Source: Hypanus sabinus
Taxonomy: Eukaryota
DNA: 64,000 bases
NCBI RefSeq assembly: GCF_030144855.1
Contig: NC_082712.1
Span: 42,036,001 to 42,100,000, forward strand
Direction of reading: 5' to 3'
The notes under the pieces were generated by a model. That model was not told where the DNA came from. It worked only from the letters and a program-made list of their open reading frames with translations, and made no database searches. Below, piece after piece: positions 11,429-38,642 of this stretch (position 1 is the first letter of the stretch; each line of letters opens with the position of its first letter). A program made the position numbers and the translations under genes.

Positions 11429-12544
11429 CGATTAGTTGGCATTCATCTGTCTCGAAGGACAATGGGTGATGCTCATTATCATCACAAGCCTGGGTGGAAG
11501 GTATGGAGATCCTGAGATGCCCAGTCGTTGAGATCCCCCACTTGGCCTCACCAGTGTAGTCCAAAGGAAATCATTTAAAGCAGTACATCAGCTGTGCGAT
11601 TGAGTACAAGAGCTGTGAGGTAATGTTACAGGTATATAAAACCTTGGTCAGACTCCACTTGGCGTAATGTGTTCAGTTCTGGTTTACGATGATATTGCTT
11701 GGATTGGAGAGTATGGCTTATGAGAATAGGTTGAGTGAACTTGGCCTTTTCTTCTTGGAGAGATGGAGGATGACATGGTGTATAAGATGATGAGGGGCAT
11801 TGATTGTGTGGATAGCCAGAGGCTTTTTCCCAGAGTTGAAATGGCTAGCATGAGAGAGCATAGTTTTAAGGTGCTGGGGAGTAGGTACAGAGGAGATGTC
11901 AGGGGTAAGTTTTTCACACAGAGAGTGGTAAGTGCGTGGAATGCACTGCCGGCGGCGGTGGTGGAAGTGGATGCAATAGGGTCTTTTAAGATTCTCTTAG
12001 ATAGTGAAATGGAGCTTAGAAAAATAGAGGGCTATGCGCTATGGAAATTCTAGGCAGTTTCTAGAGTAAGTTACATGGTCGGCACAACATTGTGGGCTGA
12101 AGGGCCTGTAATGTGCTGTAGTTTCTATGTTCAATATATTTGGCACCAGCTTGGCTGCAGGAGCTGCTGGAAAGATGTTCTGAGACACCCCATCCACCTT
12201 GGGAGCTCCACTCTGAGGCTGCCCAGAAGGCAATGGAGCTATTTACCCATAGCTGGGGTCTGGTTCATGAGCACCAGGGTGTGTCCACACACTGCTCCAT
12301 GTGCAGGAGCCAGACCTCCTCCACATTCTCTGTAGTTCAGACCGAATCCAAAAGGAGTTCAGTTTCCATGTGCCGCCAACGAGGAGGTACAACACGAGGC
12401 TTGGCATTGGACAGGCAGGGAGAGACCTAGCTTTCCTTTTTACAAGACAGCTAGCCAACGGTGGAAGCTGAAAGTGATAACGACAAGCACTATCACAACA
12501 TTATCATAACACTGCCACACTAGACACATCACAACAGACATTTA
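11429..12544. mobile_element. Unclassified element of about 570 bp, interrupted by a CR1 and flanked by a 9-bp TSD
   Basis: GGCAGCATA is duplicated at 11420-11428 and 12545-12553 and splits a PLE terminus. No recognisable ORF. Confidence 0.55.
11589..12131 (+). mobile_element. CR1 LINE 3' end
   Basis: VYKMMRGIDCVDSQRLFP...FFTQRVVSAWNALP and the CR1 3' stem-loop/TTCTATG tail. Confidence 0.9.
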
Positions 12545-12787
12545 GGCAGCATATATACAAAAGATAAACAGTCCATGTTTCAAGGGAGGACACTTCATAA
12601 TGGTTGAATGTTGACTCTTTACTCCTCTCCTTCAACACTGCCCTATCTGCTGAGCAACTGCAGAACCCTGTGTGTGCCACTCCAGATCTACAGCATCAGC
12701 AGAATCTCTTGTGTCAATGATAGCCATATCCCATTGTGGTGCTGCCCCTGAGCAAGGAATGATCCATTCTAACAATCAGGTAGAGTT

Positions 12788-12929
12788 NNNNNNNNNNNNN
12801 NNNNNNNNNNNNNNNNNNNNNNNNNNNNNNNNNNNNNNNNNNNNNNNNNNNNNNNNNNNNNNNNNNNNNNNNNNNNNNNNNNNNNNNNNNNNNNNNNNNN
12901 NNNNNNNNNNNNNNNNNNNNNNNNNNNNN
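12788..12929. other. Assembly gap (142 N)
   Basis: Run of n characters. Confidence 1.
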
Positions 12930-14099
12930 CTCAGCAAACTGTTCTAAAACTTTTCAGCAATTGCTTCTCTCATCCTCTGATTCTAAAATATACAACTTAT
13001 CAGGCCACAAAACGCAGGCATAACAGAATTACTATTTAGATTTGCATCCTGAATCTCTAGATCTTGTGCTTAAAACATAATTTCTTAGAACAGATTTAGA
13101 AAGATTTCTTAGAACAGTCACTAATTTCTACTTTGGATTTTCTGCTGCCCTGATTTATAAGGCAGCACAAAGCCGACAATGACATTAAGCCTCTTAATTC
13201 AGTGACACTATTTGAAATACACTAACATTCGCAAAGCACAGCACAGCAAGCTCAGCCTTCATTACAAATCGTTAATACTATTCTGCAGGAACTATTTACT
13301 ATTCTTTAAATTTCTTTGGCATATTTAAGTTCACCAAGTATGGAACGTCAAGGGCCTGAATGTGATGGGTTCAAGATGCAACTTCATAACTTGTTACTGT
13401 AGACATCGTATCATGAATGCAAGGAAGCAACTTCTAACCTTATTGGAAAGAATCACCTACAATTGGGAACTGTTCTGAAGCATGACCCCAGAGGTTCTAT
13501 GAAAGTCGACAATCTCCAGAAACTCGATGCAATACTCAAACAGCTCTGGTCACGTGAGTCACATATCTGCCATTGATGCTAATCGACAGCCACCAACGTA
13601 ATGGAAGGGTATGTGCTTTTACAGTTTCTATTGTTATTTTGAGATCAGTTTGGTTAAACATTGATTATTTTCTCTGAGGAGAAAAGGGTAAAGAGATCTA
13701 TGACCTCAGTACACTGGCAATGAGGTCATATGAGCAGTTTAGTTCTTTTTACAGATCTCTATAAAACAGACTGTCTCCAATTTACAAAAATTAAAATTGT
13801 TTTTTAATATATCTATATTTTCTAACAATTAAGTAACAATTAATAGCTTACCCTCCGGGATTACACTTTTCCCAGATTACTTCTCTCCAGGACACACTCC
13901 CAGCACTGCTTCGGGAGGGCATACTTTAACAGATAACAAAGTGAGCATTGTTCCTAGTGAAAATGTCTGGAGTAAATTTAGAACCAAGGCTCAGTGGCTT
14001 AAAGCAAGCTGTTCCCCTTTCAAGATGAAGTGGTGAAATATCTTCACTTAAGATTGTGCGTCTTTGCAACACACTTTCTCAAAGGGCGATGTAAGTCAT

Positions 14100-15230
14100 A
14101 ACCTGATTTATTATCACTGTCTACATGACGTGAAATGTGTGGTTTTGCATAAGTAGTACAGCACAAAGATTTACTATAAATCTGAAAACAACTAGTGCAA
14201 AAATAGGAATAATGGGGTCATGTTCAAGGACCATTCAGAAATATGATTGTGGAGGAAAGAATCTATTTTGGAATTGTTGACTGTGGGTCTTTGTGCTCCT
14301 GTATCTCCTCCCTGACTGTAATAACAAGAAGAGGGCATGTCCTGGATGGCAAAGGATCTTAATGCTGCTGCCTTCATGAAAGAACATCTCTTGAAGATGT
14401 CCTCAATGGTGGAGACAGTTGTGCCTATGATGGAGCTGGCTGTATATACAACATCTTGCAATTCTGTGCAATGAAACCTGTGATACAACCAGGTAAAATG
14501 CTCTTCACCGTACATCTATAGAAATTTCCAAGTATCTTTGGTGACATACCAAATCTCCTCAAACTCCCAGTGAAGTAGAGCTGCTGGTATGCTTCCTTTC
14601 TGATTGCATCCATGTGTTGGTCACAGGATAGATCTTGGGAGATACTGACACCCAGGAACATGAAGCTGCTTAGCCTTTCCACTGCTGACCCCTCAGTGAG
14701 GACTGGTTTGTGTCCTCCCGACATTCCCTTGCCAAAGTCCACAATCAATCCCTCTTCTCGCTGATATTGAGCGCGAGGTTGTTCCTGTGATACCACTCAA
14801 CCAGTCGCAACTTGAGATTTTATCAACAACCGTCATGCCATCTGCAAATTCATAGATGACATTTGAGCTGTGCCTGGCCACGCAGTTACTAAGTGTAGAG
14901 AGAGCAGAAGAGTGAGCTAAACACGCATTCCCTATCACCGATATGTACTGACTGTAGTCTCCCGATAAGGAAATTGAAGATCCAGTTGCACCGCGTTTAG
15001 AAGCTTGGTTACTAATACTGAGGGATGATGGTATTGAACGAGTTGTAATCCGTAAACAGCAGCGCGATGCATATTTTGCTGTTGTCTATGTGCTGCAAAG
15101 CAGAATGGAGAACCAGAGAGATTGCATCCACTGCAGACCCGTCACAGCAGCAGGCAAAATGGAGTGGGTCCCCTTAATCCTTAGCATCAACAGCCTCTCG
15201 AAGCACGTTATTATGGTAAACGTGAGTGCT
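14100..15230 (-). mobile_element. Rex1/Babar-type LINE 3' fragment
   Basis: YEFADGMTVV (RT FADD motif) and QQLYFTGSLRRFGMSPKILGNFYRCTVKSIL. Confidence 0.8.
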
Positions 15231-15419
15231 CTAATATTTTAAGGCAAGGCAGATAGATCCCTGATAAGCAAGGAGGTGGAGGAATAGAGTTGAAGGCACA
15301 ATCGAATCAGCCTTGAACAGCATACTCGCGTTCCTGTTCTCTGGGTTACTTTCACCGGAAAACAACGCAACTGTCAGACTGTTATCCCCCTGCACTGCAA
15401 CCTTTCCAACGCGCATTTG

Positions 15420-30872
<15,453 letters not shown>

Positions 30873-32144
30873 ATGAAGGAGTTCAACAGCAAGACAGAAG
30901 ACGGATTTTCTATTAAATGGATTCGCGATTGATTGCATTATTAACAGAAGGGACAATCCCTGTGAAAATTATCATTTGATGATAAAGATTTTTCTAAGCA
31001 TTTTTAGTGGAAGCTTTATTAAAATATTTTAAGAGTATTGTTCAAAAGTGGTTGGTAGACTAATGAAAAATAGTCTTAAGAACTGAAACAAATCCTGCTT
31101 TGTTTACAAAGTTGACACATTGTCATACTAGTATTAACTATTTCCCATTTAGATACAGTTTGAAGAGTATATGACCACTAAACAAGTGTAAAAGTAACTG
31201 CTTCTGCATGGTGTTGCTCAATAACATTGTCGGTTGGTTGACTAAAACAAAGTTGAGTCCTTCAATAAATAACCAACCATCTGTGACGAATGCAGTAACT
31301 AGAGTTCGGAAAGGTACATGTTCAAAGCTCCTTTAGAATTATCCCAAATCCTATCGAGGATTGTGGTTTCCTGTGGAGCTATTGAAGATCTGCTGTGAAC
31401 CACTTCCTGTCACTGATCTCATGAAATGGGAAAGAAGCTGATTCAGGGAATCTGTGAACAATGCCGCCATCTGGTTTAGATGTTATGAACGGCACTCACT
31501 CCCTTGCTTGGGCAGTAAAGCTTGGCAATTATGAAGAATGCTGGAAATATTCTGACCAACTGTACCTTAATTCCCCATCTTTTAGACCCTTTAATATACT
31601 TAGTAACAATCACAGTCTTGAAATGGAGATGATGTCCGTTGCCACGTGTAGGAGAGTTTCACAATTCTGCAGCTCTATTGAAATGCTTTCTAACTTTTTC
31701 CTAAAAGTCCCAATTTTGATTTTAATACTGAACTTCCCTGGTCCGAGACCCCCTCCCCCCAACAATTACTTCCCATCTACTTATATTTCCCTTCAGCCTA
31801 TGAGTTCCAGTGAGTACTGTATTAGTTTCTGTAATCTCTTTATAATTTAACATTTTTGTATCCAGCCATCATTCTGGGAGATTATGCGGTATTTCATCCA
31901 GGACATTAAGGTTTAGTGCCAAAGAACTACCTACTGAACTTTGTGTAATTCCACTAGTACCTTTTAAAAATGTGACTTCACTTATACATCCTTGCATTCT
32001 TATGCTCTAGATTTAAAACCATACATTAGTTGTTTTATTATATTTTTGTTGGTGGTTGATATTATTATACAATGTACTTGGACTCCCAAGTCCCTGGTAG
32101 AATTTGGGGGAGTTGATAGGAATGGGGAAAAATACAAAGGAGTA

Positions 32145-32890
32145 CAGTGGATTCTGGTTAATTAGGTTATCATTTAATAGGAACAGCTGTTTAGTTGGGA
32201 TAACTCTTAAAGAATAAAAATAGCTAGAATTCCTTTTGTTTATTTAGGACACTATGCCTCTTAATTAGGACAGGAGACTTCTAACTAGCGTTAGTCGCGT
32301 GTTCTCATGTGGCTGTTATACGCCACTGTGCTTGGAGGAATTAGTTTTTAAAATAGCGTTAGTTGCTTTCGTTTGTCTTCAAAAAGCAGTGACTTTTGTC
32401 ACTGATAGTTGGTGAGAAATAAGCAGTAAGACAATTCTGAACTGTTTTGCTCACTGTAGTTTTGAGCATTCAAGGTTGGAGATGCCAGAAATGGCAAATA
32501 GTAAAAATGAAACAATTTCACTTCTTCAATATGTTAGGAATTATTAAGAATTTGAAGGTATTGATAATCATTACAAATATTACAATTAAGATTTAGAGGA
32601 TGCAGTTGTCTAAAGCACTAGTTGTTTGTGCTTATTTTGTTCATTTACAATCAATGATATAAAAACAGATGAATTCCTCCCTTGATAACTACTAGGAACC
32701 AATAGTTTTATGGTACTGTAGAGGTATTGGTAATGTTCTAATTTGTTATCTATTTAAATGCATAATTTGTTAAATGGTAATTTCTCATTTTTTAAAATAT
32801 CTTTTAACTACTTCCATTAAACTTCAGCTAATTTGGCCAGCTGCTTAATTGGGCCAAAATGCGCTGGTTCCAATTAACCTGAATCCACTG
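32145..32890. mobile_element. Non-autonomous Tigger/pogo-type DNA transposon
   Basis: TIRs CAGTGGATTCTGGTTAATTAG and (reverse complement) CAGTGGATTCAGGTTAATTGG. TA on both flanks (32143-32144, 32891-32892). Confidence 0.85.
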
Positions 32891-34545
32891 TATTTGTAAG
32901 AATGGGGTAAATGGGTGTCTTACGATCACTGTAGACTCATTAGGCTGAAAGACCTTTTAACTATTACTGAGTTTCAAAATTTACAACAGGCCCTTTACTG
33001 CTTTTTATTTTCTAGATGCAGATTGGATGATCTGTCTTGAGATATCCAAAGCCAGTTTGGCCTACTCTCATTATCTATTATCTCTTTGTAATACTATTCT
33101 TCCATATGTCTGCTCTTCTTTGCGTGATCTTAAAGCTTTATTACATGGCTTCTAATTATCTTATATTTATGAATACCCTTTTCCTACAGCTCAGCGACTC
33201 TCCTTAATAAATTAATAATTTGCTTTGTGGGCTTCAACTTCAGCTCATGGATGCTCAGAGGGGAATTCACCAAACACCTTTTGGAAGTGAGTCCCAAACA
33301 CTGAGTGCTTACGTGTGTATGGGACTCAAGTTAGTCACCTCTGAAATTCAGTGTCTTTTTTAAGGTTTTATCTCCCTGATAATTCCACACAGGGTGAAAC
33401 ATTCCCTCAGTTATTTATTTTCATCTTCTACAGAGTGCATTGGTATACACAAGTATCTAATGTAAATAAATTGTTGCTGAATTAAGGGAATTTTGGAAGT
33501 TAATTATTAAGGCATTTTCAATATTCTTAAGTGACTCTTTTGAATCTTAGGAACTCGATTTCCAACCTGAGCGTTGTTTGAGTGGAATTATTTTCTTCAT
33601 TCCTTAAGTTAGTGGACATGTTGTCATGATTTATACTTGGAAAAAGACAAGTAGTACACCACTTTTAGTTTTGTCTCCATTGTGTATTTACAAGAGGTCC
33701 ATATTGCTTTTTTAATAATTGTAAAAGGGAACTGCGTAACATTTTACCTCAAAGTCAAAAGGTGATGTCTTTCAGAGACACTAGATCAAGACCTTAACTG
33801 GTGTTTTAGATGGGATCACATGACATTACTTAGGGAAGACAAGGATGTTGGGTCCTGGCCAAGATGCGTCTCATTTAACATATTTTGGGGAGTACAGATG
33901 TGCAAACTAATCCTGTTTCCTTTGTTATAACCAACTGATCACCAAACAGCACTTTGTTTCAGGTGGATGTGGGAAGAAAGCTAATGCAGACAACACAAAT
34001 AGAACACCTGTCTGTATAACACTAATGAGAAGGCAGGTTTTAAATAACCCTCATACTTTAGTATACACTAAGCAGGTAACCCATTCAGAGACTGATCCCA
34101 GGTGGCCTGGCTATATCCTGCCCTCTCCTGCAGCTCTTTACAATGAGGTTAACTATGATTCTGGCTGCTTGGTAACTTAAAGCATTGATTGAGGCAAGTT
34201 GACTTTCTTTTCATCTGTGAGTAAAGGATGGACTTACACTAAATATTAAAAATCAGAGCTAACCTTACCGCGCATTCTCAACTCAGCCTAATCTTTTGAT
34301 CTCAAGTTTGCAAACCTACTACACTGCAGGGCTTAAAAATTCGTGAATGGTTTTTCTTTCTAGAGAAAAGTCCAGGTATCTTAAGTATTTGCTCTTTTCA
34401 GTGTCAAAATTGTTCTTGTTTTAAAATGCATATAATTCAAAGGGAAGTTATTTTAAACTCTTACTATTTTTAAACTATGACTTGGTACTCTTGAAGCTTG
34501 TTCAACTCAATTGTTTCTAGTTTATGTAATTGTCTCAGAATATAA

Positions 34546-34551
34546 AATAAA
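34546..34551 (+). terminator. Candidate distal poly(A) signal of AK3 (proximal AATAAA at 31264)
   Basis: AATAAA ends an AT-rich UTR-like tract and is followed by GT-rich sequence. Usage not demonstrated. Confidence 0.4.
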
Positions 34552-37500
34552 GTAATAACTGTCATTTTAGACCCATATTGGTGTTGTCCATTGTATCTGA
34601 CAATGATAAAGCTGTTGCACTGGGGCAACTGGGGCCACTCTCAATCTGAAAAGTCCAGGTCCAGTGCTATAAGTTGTCACAGTCTGGCATCTGTCTTAGT
34701 TGCAGTGAATAACCATGAATTTTTCTGTGTCTTGTCTCATCTTGTTCTCCACAAAACATGCAGAGTCTCTTCCTGGCCGTTGGATCTCCCTGTTGGGTCT
34801 CATCTGCCAAGCCACTGTCCCTACCTCTCTGGGTGCAGGTTAAGACCCACTGGCTACTCTCACCTGGTTTAAGCCACCTGTCAAAGTGGTGTATCAGTGT
34901 GCGGCTGGTGTTACATGCAAACTGCTACTTGGAGTTACAGATCAGAGCTGAGTGGGGAACACATCTAAGTGAGCTGCCCCAGAATGGACACAAGCTCCTG
35001 CACCAGAGGTGCTACCCCCACCCCCAGACACCACATACAGCCCAGGCCTATATTAAGCTGTGGCAAAACGCATTGGGTAATGAGTAAATTAATAAAATGT
35101 AAAATGTCAACATCTCCATTCTATTTTATAAAATATACCTGTATCAACCATCACGATTGACAATTGAGCCAAAAGTCAAAGACAGAGCACCCAGCAAGAA
35201 AATAAATCCATCAAAAATATTAAGTTGGTAAGAGCTGGTCATAGAAAACTCAGTGGAATTTTTAAAAAAGTGCAGGCAAGGGCTGTGGAGGGGAGAGACA
35301 GTACAATGAAAGCAGTTAGAAAAATACCTAAGCTTCCTCCAAGCATTTGAACAGTAAATTGGTAGTAAGTCAAATCAATTACAGATCAAAAAGCAGATTC
35401 CAATGGAGTGGTGTCAGAGTCAACATTCAAAATAAATACTGGGTTTTTCCATTTTCCTCAGTAAATTTCAAACGCAGGCTGTACTCTGGATAAATTACTT
35501 CTATTGGCTATAACCTCACTTACATTTACAACAATGGGAAGAAAACTACAACTGTTCCACTCTCATTCAAAGAGTGCCTGCATTTCCAAGAATGCCAAGC
35601 TTTCAATTTAACCTGGATTATGGGGAATTTGAGGAACAGTAACACAGCAGAGTTAGTAATCACTTGGATAAATTAAAGGCAAATTGATCTAAGATTTTTG
35701 AAGAGAAGAAACAAGATTGCCCTGATGTATCACGATTTTAAGAGCTGTAGCATGAAATGATGCTTAATAAGTTTGTCATAAAGATTGGAGTCCATGAAAT
35801 AATAGGGACAATAACAACCCAGCTTAAACCTTGGGTAACAGACACCTTGGTTGTAGAGAAAGATTTAGTCTTTTCACTTCCTAGAGGGACTCCCAAGGCT
35901 GGTCCTGGGGCCATTCTGTTTGATACCAATGTTTTTGATTTGAATGTATAAGGCACTCTCCAGAATGACAGACGGAACAAACTAGTAAACGATGGACAGA
36001 AATGATCTTTAAAAACATGTTCAGGGTGCTGGAATTAGCAGACAAAAATAGCATAAATGTGCAGATGAATAAGATGAGGTAATATAGACTGAAGGTCAGT
36101 CCCAGAGGAGTAAGAGCTTTGTGGACATACGTTTAAATGATTGAAAGTGACAGTGGACGTCTAGACGATGGTTTGTAAAGCCTAAAGGAGACAGCCTGTA
36201 GGCAGAATCAAGAATAACAAATTTACGCAGCAAATGTTTCTGGTCTGGATAACAGACTCAAGAATATGAGCTGGGAAAGGACTCAAAAGGTGCCAGGGCC
36301 ATGTGAAAGGATGGAAAGTAGTAGAAAAGGTGGATGCGTTTAGTATGGTACCGGTATGGACTCAAGTCAAAGCCTCTGCTGAAACCTCCTGTAATAGGAG
36401 GAGACAGACCTTCTGTTGGGCAAGGGTGAGAATAAAAGTCAAGTAGGAACATGGATCCTGGGAATTTGTGCAAGACATTTAGAGAGGTATAATCAGGTCA
36501 AAAAAGATGAGTGGCTAAAGTTACTAAGATTCACAAAGATAAATAAAAGGAGCCATCAGACTGCATAAAGGGCTACTCAAATGCATTTTTAGTAATTTAA
36601 TTAATTAATATCATTTTAATGCATGTCCTAAGATGTTGTACTGATCATTCCAAGCAATTCAGAATTACGTGTAACCATATACTAATGGAAAAGAAAATAA
36701 ACGATGTCAATCCAGTTTCAATGCCCAAATAATCCCTTCTTAGGCATGTTATTTAAAATCCTGATCAGAGATGATTTAGTGGAAAATGAAGGGTCTTGGT
36801 AAAACTCTTATTTTCATGTTTATTCATACCAAGCAACTAATTCTCTTGTTAAAAGGCATAGTAAGTAAATCAGTGCAAGAACTAAGTGACCACTCGGCAT
36901 TCTTACCAGAAAGGTGCACATTTCTGTTTTGCAGCACACATATACAGATTTGTAGATAGACTTGGCAAAAAACATCCACAAGCAATTACATGATAAACGG
37001 TGATTAAACTGAGAACTGAATGAAGCCACAAAGAGACCAATCACTTGGAATCAAGTCTCTGCAGTCAATGGGCACCAATTTACAATGCAGCTCAGTCCAG
37101 TATTACAGGTTTAAACTCTTCAAAATGGAGTATGCATTGCCAAACACAAGGCAACATCGTGCCCCTGTGTAACAGGTTTCATTTGTCAATCAACAATATC
37201 TTTATACTCGTTTCACTCACTCTTCACAAATGCCAGTACATTTATTCACAAGAACACAAAATGTCAGTGTTTTTCCATGGATTACCTCTGCTAAATCACT
37301 GCAGCTTCAAGCAGCCAGAAATGTAGAAGTCTCCTTAAATTTATCCTGATTTTCAAGATTTCACTGTTTGAGGCCTAAAATATACAACAAGGCTCATTGT
37401 AATTTACAGGTTGATTGGAAACCATTCAGTAAACTATGCCCTTGCAAAATAATTACTTAATCCTGCTCCTGTGATCCAGATAACCCTGGACCAAGAAGCA

Positions 37501-38051
37501 GCTACTTTTATTATCGTGCTGCTAATTTGAAAGTGTTTACACACAATTTGACATGAAATCAGTCTGACTCACACCAAATCGAAAAGCCTTGAAACACATT
37601 CTCTGTACATCACAGCAAATGTAGTTTGTTCTCATTTCTAAAGAATGCATCCCATCCCTCTGTTCTTTCCCAAAGCAGTGAACAGATTCTGGGCCAGTCA
37701 GACCATGACTGCATCGACTCCAAAGCCAAAGCATTGTTTTCATGAAAGTGGAACATCATTTTAGCACTCCGGGTACCAAAACATTTCCTGAATAAGAACT
37801 CAAGATGTGCCAAGTTGTCAAGCAAACTTAAAATGCAAATATGAATGCTGAGAGACAAGGGAAGTTGGTATATTTGGATTTGCTTTGAATGTGCCTATGT
37901 TTCCTATGAATTCTTATTTTATAAAGCTTCAGGCAGGTGCCAATTTGTCCAAATTATGGTGTATTTTAAACAATAACATAGTCGTGAAAATATTCCACTA
38001 ACATTAGTGAAGTATTAGGATGGGTGGGGAAATCCGTTCACGTTCAACACG

Positions 38052-38057
38052 TTTATT
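38052..38057 (-). terminator. Candidate poly(A) signal of CDC37L1
   Basis: Minus-strand AATAAA about 480 nt after the stop. A further candidate lies at 36819-36824. Confidence 0.45.
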
Positions 38058-38534
38058 GCTTGCACTAAAAAAATGTACGCCCTGCAGCTAAAGTCAAAGG
38101 CACAATTCCCTTTACTCTTAAAACATTGGTTTTAAGTACATTATTTCCTACAGGGATGCTCTGCCTCAGTTGTTAGGAACTTCACACCTGTAAGAAACCT
38201 AATCAGAATAATGGTGAAGGGAAAACCTTCTGTAGATAACTGTTGAATCTACCCAGTAGGTATCATAGTCTGAGCTCAGGTGGGAAAGGACAGAACATTT
38301 ATCCACAAATCCTGTACTGTATTCCAAAACAGCCAGCATCAAGACACTTAAGCATCCAATTCATACTGCCAACAGTTCAGGTTTCAATAAAACTTTTTTT
38401 AAACACTCCTGACGAATAAAGTGCAGCATTCGAACAGGCAAGTTACCAGTTACATACAAAAATAGCCGGTTTTTCTTCCACTGTAGTGAAAATGTTTATG
38501 TATATTTCTAGTAGGCAGCATTATTGCTAAACGC

Positions 38535-38642
38535 TTATGATATGTCCATTCTAGGCTCCTCATTTCTTTCCTCTTTGGCTTCTTGAGTACTGTAGATCCT
38601 TAGTCCAGCATCAATATAGTGCTGCAAATATTGTTCAGCAAC
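38535..38642 (-). CDS. CDC37L1: CDC37L1 last coding exon (8)
   Basis: tttcag|GTT GCT...TCA TAA. VAEQYLQHYIDAGLRIYSTQEAKEERNEEPRMDIS*. Confidence 0.88.
   Translation of the reverse strand, partial: VAEQYLQHYIDAGLRIYSTQEAKEERNEEPRMDIS

Noticed and set aside
34758-35087. Peptide LELQIRA resembling the SPATA6L N-terminus
   Set aside because: No ATG or GT donor in the right place, wrong syntenic position, and the region looks like an interspersed repeat.
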